Of a stretch of 64,000 bases of DNA, positions 50,516 through 61,800 are shown in pieces (the stretch's first letter is position 1; each line of letters opens with the position of its first letter). The stretch is from Bdellovibrionales bacterium (GTDB lineage Bacteria > Bdellovibrionota > Bdellovibrionia > Bdellovibrionales > JAUICD01): the NCBI GenBank assembly GCA_965262715.1, contig OZ253553.1, positions 480,001-544,000 on the forward strand, given 5' to 3'. The notes under the pieces were generated by a model. It did no database searches. It was not told where the DNA came from and saw nothing but the letters and a program-made list of their open reading frames with translations. The translations under genes and the position numbers were made by a program.

Positions 50516-53152
50516 ATGAAGAAAAATATTCTATTATTACTTTATTTGCTGGTCTTAACAGTTGTTCTAATTGTAAAAGAGCCTGCCTTTGCTGTAGAAG
50601 AATCTGCTTCTGCTGTGGAGGAGTCCACTTCCTCTGAGTTGATCTGTCAAAATGCATTGATGACAAAGTTGTCAGATGAAGATAGAGATATAGTATCTGG
50701 CGCTATTATGATTGCTCAGCAACTTCGTCCTTCAGACCCTCAAGTCACTCTTTATCATATCTTCCTTGCTGCTATGACAGAAGTGCGTGTCGATGGTGCG
50801 CCTATAACTTACACAAACCCTAAGCTGCTTGCTTTCTTAAGAGAACGCAATCTGTTGGAGAATTTCCAAAACTTTCTTTTAAATAATATAGGTTTGAGCC
50901 GTGATCAGTTAGGTCCTTTATTTGAGAAAAACTCAGATGGCATGTTGATCCTCAATACAGACATACAATTTGATCGCAACTCTGCATCTGATTTTAACAA
51001 CTACACACCTGATGCAAATAGGCTTCTAGCAGAAATGACTCAAGAAAAAGAAATAGATGTTCAAGAAACAGAAAAAACAGGTGCTCTTCTTCCAAATGAT
51101 TTTTTCATTAATGTTTTGAAGTTTGATAATCCTATTCGTGATCGTTTGACAGAACCTCCTAAATTTTCAGAAAGATCTTCTGTTCAATTTCAATCTGCTA
51201 AATCTAACAAAATGTATCGTGGAACTACTCAGGAAACAATTCCAGCAAACCCTATTATTGCTTTTGATGTTATAAATAGAAGGATAATGCGTTCTAATAA
51301 TTATACGAACCCTTCTCCTTATTTCTCTATTGATGACCCATTGCTCTATTCTTTTTTTTCAGATTTGCTTTTAGATCTGGGAAGACATGAAGAATTTATA
51401 AGAATTTTAGAACAGCAGCAAACTTTAGATGACTCCAATCGCTTTATTACTTTAAAAGAAAATGATGACACCTATAATGACACCCATATTATGTATGGTA
51501 AAGTTATAGGTTTTTCAGAAGATCATACCTCTTTAGTTATAGAAGGTCTTGATGGTCAGAGGTACACTTATATTATTTATAGAGATAAGGATAGGTTATA
51601 TATATATAGAGAAGAAGAAGAGCTTGGAAGACTTGGAGATGCTTTTGATTCTGGTTATCGTACTAAAGATGTATCTGTAAGCATAACGTCAAAAAAACTT
51701 TTTGATATATATGAAGAGATCAGAGGCTTGGTCGGATATCCCATACCTTTAAATCAATACACTGGAGAACCATCTATTAATCTTTTTAGAGAATTGTTTA
51801 ATTCGATTACTCTAAATAATTATTTAAGAGAGCACTATCCAGATTTAGAAGCTCGTCAAGTTTCCTTAAGTGATTTTGATGAGGACCGTCATCTTGTTTC
51901 CTTTTTGAATTCACAAGGTGAACGTGTTCCTGGCAGACTTATTGAAGTCAATAACTATAATGTCACTATAGAAGATTTAAGTGGTCATAAAAATGTTATA
52001 GAAGGAGAAATGTTAAACACTATATCGCAAGATAAATCTATAAGATTCTTATTTCAATATCCTCATACTGATAGTGTAGATACTTCTGAAATAAATAACC
52101 TGCCAATTGTTCAAAGACAAGGAGAGGGAGGTTTTTCTTATGCAGAATTAGAAATGTCAGGTGATCCAGCGCAAGACGCCTTTAGAAAAGCTGTGATAGC
52201 GGGTCGCTTTGAGGGGGATGAACGATTTATTTCATTTTTCAATGAATATCATGGTGAGAGAAGGCTAGCTAAGATAATCTCTTGGAAGGAAGATGTGGTA
52301 ACCCTTTGGGTATATAATGGCAAGGGATATATTAATCAGGGAAGAAGATTTATTTTACCTCAATTTGATGAAGAAGATTACTTTATATTTTTAGCTGCAG
52401 CAGTTAGTCAAGCGGCAAAAGATTACTTTGAACGTAATGAGGTTTTTCTCAATAGAGGAAATATCAAATCTGCAGAGGATGAGGATTATCAATTTTTAAG
52501 TCGTTCTGTTCCCACAACCATAAGACTTGATGATACAGCTTTTCTAGAGGCAATTGATTTGACGGATACTAACTTGAGGAAATGGATAAAAAAGGCCACA
52601 GATATTATAAAAGAAAAAACGGGGATCGTGCCAGGGCCACAAAATTTGACTGCTGCTCAAAGGATTCAAATTTATCGAGTTTTTGATAATGACATCGTTC
52701 CTTTACTAGAGAGCCCTGCTCATGGGATAGAATATGGTTATTTTCGTGATTTAATATACACTAGTAACTTCTGTCGTCTCGAAGGGGATAACGGCAGACA
52801 TCCACTTCGATTTCTTGGTCATATTCTTGATACAAAATCAGCTGTTTGTGGTGAATTAAGCGCATTTGGCGTTGTTTTGCTCTCTGAATATGGTTTACAT
52901 GCAAAATATATGACAACGTCTTCACAAATGATGGAAATGGTTGAAAGTGAAGATGGGCATGCATGGATAGGAGTTCAAAGAGAGGATGGTTCTTTGGAGT
53001 TTATAGATACAAATGGTAGCCTAGTTTTCTGGAGTACAAACCTTCGTTTTCTAGAGGAGCGTTATCTAGAGCTGTCACATTTAAGTGATGATGAGCTACT
53101 TTCTCTTTCAGAAGAATATACTCTTGTGATTCCTCCTGCTTTGCCTGAATGA
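50516..53152 (+). CDS. Secreted protein with C-terminal transglutaminase-like domain, tandem paralog 1
   Basis: Signal peptide MKKNILLL (ATG 50516); AVCGELS...GHAW...FIDT Cys-His-Asp triad. Confidence 0.7.
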   Translation: MKKNILLLLYLLVLTVVLIVKEPAFAVEESASAVEESTSSELICQNALMTKLSDEDRDIVSGAIMIAQQLRPSDPQVTLYHIFLAAMTEVRVDGAPITYTNPKLLAFLRERNLLENFQNFLLNNIGLSRDQLGPLFEKNSDGMLILNTDIQFDRNSASDFNNYTPDANRLLAEMTQEKEIDVQETEKTGALLPNDFFINVLKFDNPIRDRLTEPPKFSERSSVQFQSAKSNKMYRGTTQETIPANPIIAFDVINRRIMRSNNYTNPSPYFSIDDPLLYSFFSDLLLDLGRHEEFIRILEQQQTLDDSNRFITLKENDDTYNDTHIMYGKVIGFSEDHTSLVIEGLDGQRYTYIIYRDKDRLYIYREEEELGRLGDAFDSGYRTKDVSVSITSKKLFDIYEEIRGLVGYPIPLNQYTGEPSINLFRELFNSITLNNYLREHYPDLEARQVSLSDFDEDRHLVSFLNSQGERVPGRLIEVNNYNVTIEDLSGHKNVIEGEMLNTISQDKSIRFLFQYPHTDSVDTSEINNLPIVQRQGEGGFSYAELEMSGDPAQDAFRKAVIAGRFEGDERFISFFNEYHGERRLAKIISWKEDVVTLWVYNGKGYINQGRRFILPQFDEEDYFIFLAAAVSQAAKDYFERNEVFLNRGNIKSAEDEDYQFLSRSVPTTIRLDDTAFLEAIDLTDTNLRKWIKKATDIIKEKTGIVPGPQNLTAAQRIQIYRVFDNDIVPLLESPAHGIEYGYFRDLIYTSNFCRLEGDNGRHPLRFLGHILDTKSAVCGELSAFGVVLLSEYGLHAKYMTTSSQMMEMVESEDGHAWIGVQREDGSLEFIDTNGSLVFWSTNLRFLEERYLELSHLSDDELLSLSEEYTLVIPPALPE

Positions 53153-53591
53153 ATTAAAATTCAAAAAGGCATTAATGGATCTATCTTTTTTTAATATATA
53201 AAATAGTTTACAAGAGAGGTTTTTTTATGGATGCGTAGGCAAATTGTCTACAAACAGGTTTTGTTACCTAAAGGCAATTTGCCAGATGACTGATTTACCT
53301 GATCACTGGACTTGAAATAAAGACTTAATAAGATATAGTTTATCAATTCAATATATTCTCTTGAAATGGAAACATCCTCCAGTTGTGGACTTTATTATTA
53401 TATTTTTTGATAATAGTAAAAGTTACTTGGCTATTAATGACTTAAAAAGCATAGATAAACTTTAAAGGAGCTTTGGAACGACTGATTTAAGTGTGTAAAT
53501 AATTCATAGTTTGTGATATATAACTATTTCTTTTTTACATACAAGTTGTTTGCTATTGATAATTTGGTTGAATTTTGATATAAGACCGGAC

Positions 53592-56237
53592 ATGAAGAAA
53601 AATATTCTATTGTTATTTTATTTACTGGTCTTAACAGTTGCTCTAATTTTAAAAGAGCCTGCTTCTGCTGTAGAGGAGTCTACTCTTACTGAGGCTATCT
53701 GTCGGGATGCCTTGACTACAAAGCTATCAGATGAAAACAAAGATATCGTATCTGGTGCTATTATGATTGCTCAGCAACTTCGTCCTTCATATCCTCAAGT
53801 CAACCTCTATCATATCTTCCTTGCTGCTATGACAGAAGTGCGTGTCGATGGTGCGCCTATAACCTACACAAACCCTAACTTATTGATTTTTTTAAGAGAA
53901 CAAAAGCTATTGGGGGATTTTCAAAACTTTCTTTTAAATAATTTGGGTTCAAACCGTACTCATTTAGATTCTTTGTTTGAGAAAAAATCAGATGGCACAT
54001 TCATTCTCAATTGGAATACAAGCGTGCCATTTGATGGTAATCATGTATCTAATTTTATCTATACATTTGATGTAGAAAGACTTTTGGAAGCAATGAATCA
54101 AAACAAACAGGTAGATACTAAAAATGACTTTTTTCTTTATACTTTAGAATTTGATAATCCTATTCGAAAATTTTTCTTTGATCGTTTGACAGAACATCCT
54201 ACTTTTTTAGAAAGAACTCTTGGCAGATTGTTTAGATGGCTTGACCCAACTCAAGAGAGGGCTAGAAGAATTTATTTTATGTACCCTAAGTTATTAATGC
54301 CTGAGCTCATATATGATCTGCCCAAAAAAGCCATTCCAACAAACCCTATTATTGCTTTTGATCTTATAAATAGAATAAGTAGAAACATAGCCAATGATAG
54401 TGATTATACGAATCCTTCTCCTTATTTCTCTATTGATGACCTCTGGCTCTATCCTGGCTTTTTTGATTCAGACTTTGAAAGAGATGAAACACCACCTATA
54501 TGGAAAATTTTAAAACGGTGGCAACCCTTAGATGACTCCAATCGCTTTATTACCTTTAGAAAAAATCACGCCCATGTATATGGTAAAATTATAGGTTTTT
54601 CAGAAGATCATACCTCTTTAGTTATAGAGAGCCTTGATGGTCAGAAGTATGTTTATCATTTTTCAATTACTTCTAGATTTCTTTTTATGAAAAAATTTAA
54701 AAAAGTTATTGGAGATGCTTTTCTTCCTTTTTATGTTTTTAGTGATGTACTACTTGCAAGCAGAAGGTCAAAAAAGCTTTTTGATATATATGAAGAGATC
54801 AGGGGTTTAACAGAATCTCCTATACCTCTAAATCAACACACTGGGCAGCTATCTATTGATCTTTTTAGAGAATTGTTTAACTTGATAACTCTCAATAATT
54901 ATTTAAGGAAACACTATCCAGAGTTAGAAGCTCGCCAAGTCTCTTTAAGTGATTTTGATGAAGCTCGTCACTTTGTTTCTTTTCTAAACTCACAGGGTGA
55001 ACGTGTTCCGGGCAAACTCATTGACGTGAATGACTATAGTGTCATTGTAGAAGACTTAGATGGTCATAGAAGCCGTATAGAAGGAGAGGCATTAAACAGA
55101 GTTTCACAAGATGAAACTGTGAGACTTTTATTCCAATATCCTCATATTGATAGTGTAGATACTCCTGAAATAGATGGCACTCGAATTGTTCAAAGACAGG
55201 GAGAGGGAGGCCTTTCTTATGCAGGATTAGAAATGTCAGGTGATCCAGCTCAAGATGTTTTTAGAAGAGCTTTGATAGCAGGTCGTTTTGAAGGAGATGA
55301 ACGGTTTATTTCATTTTTCGATGAAGGTGAGAAAAAACTGGCTAAGGTATTCTCTTGGGAGGGAAAAACAATGAGACTTCAAATATATGAGGGCAATACA
55401 GATTATAGACTGACAATAGTGCCTTTACCTCTAATTAATCCTACTGATCCTAGATTTTTAAAGGATGACTCCATCTTTTCAACTGCAGCAGTTAGTCAGA
55501 CGGCAAAAGATTACTTTGAACGTATTAATTCTTTTTTGAATAGGAGAAATATCAGGCTTGCAGCAGGTGAAGATTATCAATTCTTAAGCCATTCTATTTC
55601 TATAACCAAAGAACATAATGGTAGAACTATTGAAATGAAAGTTGATTTAACTGATCCTTATTTGAGAAAATGGATGAGAAAGGCTACAGATATTATAAAA
55701 GAAAAAACAGAGATCACACCAGGAGCACAAAAACTTACAGCTGCTCAAAGAATTCAAATTTATCGAGTCTTTTATGAGGATATTGTTCCTTTAGTAGAAA
55801 TGCCTATTCGAGAAAGATATGCTTATTTTCATGATTTAATATACAATTGGTATTATTTCGAAGGAAATAGCAAGCAAAATGAATTTCAGTTTCTTGGTCA
55901 TGTTCTGGATACAAAATCAGCTATTTGTACTGATTTAAGCGCATTTGGTGTTGTTTTACTCTCTGAATATGGTTTGCATACAAGATATATGCAGACATCT
56001 CCAAAAATGATTGAAATACTTAAAAATGAAGGCATGTATGGACATGCATGGATAGGTGTTCAACGGGAGGATGGCTCTTTAGAGTTTATAGATACAAATG
56101 GTCGAATTTTCTGGAGCACAAACCTTCGTTTACTAAGAGAAGGTTATGAAGGAGATTTTTCTCATTCAACTGATGATGAGCTACTTTCTCTTTCAGAAGA
56201 ACATACTCTTATGATTCCTCCTTCTTTGCCTGAATGA
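53592..56237 (+). CDS. Secreted protein with C-terminal transglutaminase-like domain, tandem paralog 2
   Basis: Homologous to paralog 1 including upstream and downstream DNA; AICTDLS...GHAW...FIDT. Confidence 0.7.
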   Translation: MKKNILLLFYLLVLTVALILKEPASAVEESTLTEAICRDALTTKLSDENKDIVSGAIMIAQQLRPSYPQVNLYHIFLAAMTEVRVDGAPITYTNPNLLIFLREQKLLGDFQNFLLNNLGSNRTHLDSLFEKKSDGTFILNWNTSVPFDGNHVSNFIYTFDVERLLEAMNQNKQVDTKNDFFLYTLEFDNPIRKFFFDRLTEHPTFLERTLGRLFRWLDPTQERARRIYFMYPKLLMPELIYDLPKKAIPTNPIIAFDLINRISRNIANDSDYTNPSPYFSIDDLWLYPGFFDSDFERDETPPIWKILKRWQPLDDSNRFITFRKNHAHVYGKIIGFSEDHTSLVIESLDGQKYVYHFSITSRFLFMKKFKKVIGDAFLPFYVFSDVLLASRRSKKLFDIYEEIRGLTESPIPLNQHTGQLSIDLFRELFNLITLNNYLRKHYPELEARQVSLSDFDEARHFVSFLNSQGERVPGKLIDVNDYSVIVEDLDGHRSRIEGEALNRVSQDETVRLLFQYPHIDSVDTPEIDGTRIVQRQGEGGLSYAGLEMSGDPAQDVFRRALIAGRFEGDERFISFFDEGEKKLAKVFSWEGKTMRLQIYEGNTDYRLTIVPLPLINPTDPRFLKDDSIFSTAAVSQTAKDYFERINSFLNRRNIRLAAGEDYQFLSHSISITKEHNGRTIEMKVDLTDPYLRKWMRKATDIIKEKTEITPGAQKLTAAQRIQIYRVFYEDIVPLVEMPIRERYAYFHDLIYNWYYFEGNSKQNEFQFLGHVLDTKSAICTDLSAFGVVLLSEYGLHTRYMQTSPKMIEILKNEGMYGHAWIGVQREDGSLEFIDTNGRIFWSTNLRLLREGYEGDFSHSTDDELLSLSEEHTLMIPPSLPE

Positions 56238-56326
56238 ACTAAAACTCAAAAAGGTGTTAATGAATCTACCTTCTTTTAATATATAAAATAGTTTATAAGA
56301 GAGGTTTTTTATGGATGTGTATGAAA

Positions 56327-56358
56327 AAAAAGCCACAAATATGAATTTGTGGCTTTTT
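56327..56358. terminator. Bidirectional intrinsic terminator
   Basis: AAAAAGCCACAAAT-ATGA-ATTTGTGGCTTTTT between convergent genes. Confidence 0.8.
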
Positions 56359-56387
56359 ATTTTCTAAGGAGGTTATTTTTGAAAATA

Positions 56388-58229
56388 CTATGTGTTCTTA
56401 GATGTACTTAATCTGTGTGCTGCAGAGAACTTTGTAATCCATGTTGCTTTTTCTTTAAATTTTATACCTACTTTATTCTCTGACATCCAAACAATTTTTC
56501 CAGAGAGTGTAACATCTTCTCCATCTTGTTTTGATAGAAGGATATCCACTTGAGAGCCTCTCTTTAACTGTTGAGTAGAGTTATCTATTGAGATACCAGC
56601 ACCACCCTGTGAGATAGAAAATAAATTCGCAGACATAAAGTGATTGTTGAATGAGAGGTGAAGTGGAATATCTACTTCATATCTCTGCTCTCTTCTCTTA
56701 GATTGTGATGTAGCCTTCTGCTTTAAGAATAACCAAACCATTAAAGGGAGGGCTAGCATAAAGCTAAAAAGTGCTCTTGGCAGATGAGCGCCTCGGCCGC
56801 CTTTTCCATTATTTTTGTATGATTTCATCTGATGCAAGTTTGAATACATATTATGAACGAGTCCACAACCTCCAGCCATTGATGAGGAAGATGAAAAGAC
56901 ACGGCTACTGTATTCTGGCATAGCAAAACTAGGATTGTATCCTTGAGCCTTTGAAACAGCTTTTAAAGCATTTAATCTTCTTTCATTTTGTACGTAGCCA
57001 TTTAAAGATGCTACAGTATCTGCAGAATTAAGTATAATTTCCTTAACTTCATATCCATTAAGCTCTGGTTGTGCATAGAGTGTTAGTGCTGTTGCGCCTG
57101 ATACATAAGGGGTTGCCATACTTGTTCCAGATAAATTAGTATTTTGGTTATTCGGATATGTACTTTGAACATTCACACCAGGAGCACTCAAATGGACAGA
57201 GGTGGTACCATAATTAGAAAAATTACTTGCAAAAATATCATTGAAGGTGGTTGCAGCAACTGAAATAACATGAGGAACTGGATAGTTGGCTGGGTAAAAA
57301 GGTATGATATCATTATTAGATGCATTATTTCCTGCTGCAGCTACAAAGACAACACCAGCATTATAACTTCTTGTAACAGCTTCATGGAGTGCATTACTGT
57401 AAGCATCGTTTCCCCAAGAGTTGTTTAAGACTTTAGCTCCATTATTAATGGCATAATCAATAGCGCCGATAGCACTGGATGTTGAGCCAACGCCATCACA
57501 TCCTAAAAACTTTAATGGCATAATACAAAAGGCAGAACTCTCTGTTGCATCACCGACAACAGTTTGCTTAACAATTCCAGCAACATGGGTGCCATGTCCA
57601 TCACAATCGCTCAAATCTTTATTATGATCTGTAAAGTTCCAACCATGTACATCATCATCAAAGCCATTGCCATCATTATCATAACCATCACCAGCCACTT
57701 CCTCTGTATTATTACAGATAATACCTTGAAGATCACTATGTGTGATGTCAGTTCCTGTATCAATGACTGCAATTTTTACCATTTCATTGTTAAGAGTTTG
57801 GATGGCATTTCTCGCGGCTTCTGCAAAAATAGGATCTGGGTTGCTATATGTAGATTGGCTGAATGTTTTATCAGTATTCGTTTTACTAATAATATAGTTA
57901 GGTTCTATATATTCTATATCTGGATGATTTCCAACTTGTTCAATAATCTCTTCAGTTGATTGACCATCTTCAATTCCACTGAAGTGGTGCATACTAAAAT
58001 TATTAAAGGATTGCTGTAGTGTCAGACTAACAGAGCCTGAAACGCCTTGAAGTGTCAAATTGCCAGTATCTTCGCTTAAGCTTTGTCTAACTGATGAACT
58101 CTCAGGAGAATCCTTAAATTTGATAATAACGTCACCTTCAACATAACCTAAAGAGGATTGCCCATATACAGTCTGAAAATTTAAAGTGACTAATAGAATA
58201 ATAGATAATTTTACTAAATGATAAAACAC
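56388..58229 (-). CDS. S8 subtilisin-like serine protease with C-terminal TM helix and PilZ-like domain
   Basis: VIDTG, GHGTHVAG, AAAGN, SGTSMATP; then GGCG, a TM helix, RREQR and SISQGG. Confidence 0.88.
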   Translation of the reverse strand: MFYHLVKLSIILLVTLNFQTVYGQSSLGYVEGDVIIKFKDSPESSSVRQSLSEDTGNLTLQGVSGSVSLTLQQSFNNFSMHHFSGIEDGQSTEEIIEQVGNHPDIEYIEPNYIISKTNTDKTFSQSTYSNPDPIFAEAARNAIQTLNNEMVKIAVIDTGTDITHSDLQGIICNNTEEVAGDGYDNDGNGFDDDVHGWNFTDHNKDLSDCDGHGTHVAGIVKQTVVGDATESSAFCIMPLKFLGCDGVGSTSSAIGAIDYAINNGAKVLNNSWGNDAYSNALHEAVTRSYNAGVVFVAAAGNNASNNDIIPFYPANYPVPHVISVAATTFNDIFASNFSNYGTTSVHLSAPGVNVQSTYPNNQNTNLSGTSMATPYVSGATALTLYAQPELNGYEVKEIILNSADTVASLNGYVQNERRLNALKAVSKAQGYNPSFAMPEYSSRVFSSSSSMAGGCGLVHNMYSNLHQMKSYKNNGKGGRGAHLPRALFSFMLALPLMVWLFLKQKATSQSKRREQRYEVDIPLHLSFNNHFMSANLFSISQGGAGISIDNSTQQLKRGSQVDILLSKQDGEDVTLSGKIVWMSENKVGIKFKEKATWITKFSAAHRLSTSKNT

Positions 58230-58876
58230 AAAAATATATCTCCCTAAAAAAGTAATGCAATCCCATTAAGATAAAGTGTTAATAAACTTTTGGTCAGTGT
58301 CTAAAAATTAGTCACTAAACTCTCTTTTAATAACCTTTAAACTCCCTACTTATATGACATTGCAAGAAGTGCACCTAGAAATGAATCAGTGGTTATTTCA
58401 AATTGAGACATGTTAAAAGAAGGGATAGGTTAATTAAAAATGGAAGTTTTATTAGATATTATAAGAGAAGCCATAGGCTTTAAGATTAAATCCTTAAATT
58501 TGATATTTATCTAATATACATGAAATTTAACTCTCCTACACATGCTTGTGCAACAAAGCTCATTTACACTAAATAGGTAAAGTTGATGCTTATCTCCATA
58601 AGACTTGATGCCGATCTCCACGAGATGCCTGAACTTCTTGAAAAGTGTTAGTTTTTCAAGAAAGCTGAAAGAGGTATCGAGGGGGGAACAGTGTCTCTTC
58701 TCTGATAGCAGTTAAAATGATAGCATAAGTTTGTGAAGTTGAGCGCAAAAGCTTGAATTGTAAAAGATAAATTAAAAGACCAAAAAGCTATTTATGTTAG
58801 AAGCGGCGCAAATATTTTGCGTGGCAATTATATAATTTTTGAGATAATAGCTATTTTTGATGGAGTGACTTTTGAA

Positions 58877-61800
58877 TTAGCTGGATAAGGGAAGTTTTAA
58901 AGGAGCAGTTTGATATCCTTGGGCAAAGTCAGGTCGTCCGCCACCTTTACCATATTTTCTTAATATATCAACTGCATTGTATTTATCTGTGAGATTCTTT
59001 GTAATAGCAACCATAAGAGGAGGTTTGTCTGGATCTTCTCCAGATAGGATCACTATACCTGATTTCATTTTGTTTCTGATTTTATCTGCAATTTGCCTTA
59101 AGCATTCTCTGTCATTTGTACGGATTGTTTTTTTGACTTCTTTAACTTCATTATCTATATCTTTTGATTCTTTAATAATCTTATTAATATCTATATCCAT
59201 TTCAATTCTTGATACGGTTAGTTTTTGTATTTGTTTGTGCAAATCTTTAACTTCTTTTTTCTTTTCATTGATCCAAGTGCTAAGGTTGTTATTGATTTGA
59301 GCTTCATTTTTTGCTTCAGCCAGCTCTCTGTGGCTTTGTGAAAGGACCTCAATGGCTTTTCGTCCGGAGAGAGCTGTGATACGACGGACATTAGCACTTA
59401 TGCTTTCTTCTGATGTGATTAAAAAGGCTTGAAGTTCACTTGTGTTTTTCACATGTGTTCCTCCACAAAGTTCCATGGAGGTATCTTCTCCTATTTTCAC
59501 AACATGCACATTTCCTTCTGGATATTTTTCGTTGAAAAAAGCAAGAGCCCCCTTTTTTTCAGCATCTTTGAAGCTCATTATGTCTGTTGTAACAGGGAGA
59601 GTTTTTATAATTTGGTCATTAACTTGTCTTTGAATTTGCTTTTTTTGTTGATTTGTAAGAGGTTTTGGATGTGTGAAATCAAATCGCAGATAGTGATCTG
59701 TGACCAAAGATCCTTTTTGTTTTGGTTTCATCTCCCTTTCTTCTTTTTCTCCTGCAGTGTTTATAATTTTTACCTTTTCTTTTAAAGTATCTCTTAAGAT
59801 AGTGTGCAATAAGTGTGTAGCTGTGTGATGTTTTGTTATCTCCTCTCGTCTTTCTTTGTTAATTTGTAGAAAAACTTTGTCATTAACATTTAAATGAGTT
59901 TTTACATCGATAGCATGGTAGTGCACTTCCTTATATTTTTGACAATCTGTAACTTGAGCTATTAATTTATTTGATGGATCTTTAATTTCACCTTGATCTC
60001 CAATCTGTCCTCCAGACTCTGCATAGAAAGGTGTTTGATCAAAAATAACAAAGCCTTTTTGACCAGGCTTTAGTTCTGTAATTTGTTTTTGGCCATCTGA
60101 TAAACCTATGACTTGCGCGTCAGTAGATAAAGTTTTGTATCCTACAAATTTTCCAACATGATTAAGTAATTTTCCAATTGACCGATTGGTAGATTGTTCA
60201 ATGATATCACTTACAAAACCTCTAAGATGTTTCTCATCTTCTTGTAAATACTTTGGTTTTGCCCTTGAAAGTTCTTGTGCTTTTCTAAGATGAGTTTCAA
60301 AAGCTTTTTCAAATACTTGATCGAACTCTTGATTAAAGCTTATCTTTTTCATCTTTCTTTTTATGAGATCTTTAGTGTTATCTTTAGAAAAACCGTGTGT
60401 TTCAAAGAGTTTAAAGGCAAACTCTCCCAGTGCTTCTGGTGTGAGAGTTTTAGATTTCATTTTTTGGTCAAGATCATCAAATTCTTTATTGAATATTTCC
60501 TCACTATCTTCAAGTTTTTTTTGAAAGGCCACTTCGATTTCTTCTGCAATTTGGTAAATTCGGCTTAGAATTTGAGACTTTTTGTTAGTTCGTTCTTGCT
60601 CTCTTCTTATAATGAGATTGATCTCTTCTCCTTCTTGGTAGAGAATCTCTTGTTGAATCTCTCTAATGAGAAGGCTCATCAACTTAGCCACATTTTTTTG
60701 GACGGGAGAGTCTTCTTGATATTGAAGGCTTTTTTGTCGATAAAACTCTTCTTGTTTTTGAAATTGATAGTGATAGATAAAAGGATCTGGGTTTTGGGTC
60801 ATGATAATGTCATATAGGTAATAGCAGTCATAAACAAAAAGAACATCAACCAATAGCACTCTTTTTAACTGAAGGAAGTTAAATGAACCAATACCAATTT
60901 GTTGAAGACAGTGCCTGACCTTTTTAAACAACTTTCTTAAAACATAACCTCTACCTTCATTTGATGGTAATATACCGTCAAGCAATAAAAAAGCTATGCC
61001 TCTAGCATGATCTGCTATTTGACAGAGAGCTATCCGATCTTTTATTTTTCTCTCTTCATCTATCTTTATCTTCTTAGGAGAAAGAAGCCCTCTTTCTTTT
61101 TGGAACTCCTCACACACAAAATCTAGAAAAGCAGTTCTAAGAGAACCATTTTCTGCTCTCTTAAGTATATAATATATCATGTTGAAATGAAGGCTTTTCT
61201 GAAATAAATATGATGCGCTTGGAGCTCTCCACTTATGAGCATCTTCCTCATTGTTTATTTTTTCTTCTTCCTCTTTGATAATTTCTTTTATTTCACTTGA
61301 CCTTTTATATAAGTCTTCTAGAAATTCCTTAATTATCTTTTTGGCTATTTCTTCTTCTACTTGCTCTTGTTTGTTTAATTGATAATGTTGGCTTTTAAAG
61401 GTTTTCCATACATCTGACTCTAGTTTGCAATTTAATACTTTATAAAAAGTATCGATAAATAAGTCAGCTTCAAAATTACTATTTACTCTTTGGGTAACAG
61501 CTGTGAGTCTTTCTAACCCAGCCCCTGTATCTACACAAGGGTGAGGTAGAGGTAGTCTACTACCATCAGCTTGTTGATCAAATTGCATAAAGACTAAGTT
61601 CCAAATCTCTACATCTTGCTGTCCATAATGATAAAAGACTTCACTGCAAGGCCCGCAAGGTCCTGTATTAGCCATTTTCCAAAAATTATCACTATCTTTT
61701 TTGATAAAATCATATAAAGAACGCTTGATATCATTTTTGTCATTTTCCCAGATTTTTTTCCAAATATTAAAGGAATCCTCATCTTCATTAAAGACTGTCA

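Noticed and set aside
61040..61450. Intein in alaS
   Set aside because: No C/S start with HN end and no LAGLIDADG motifs
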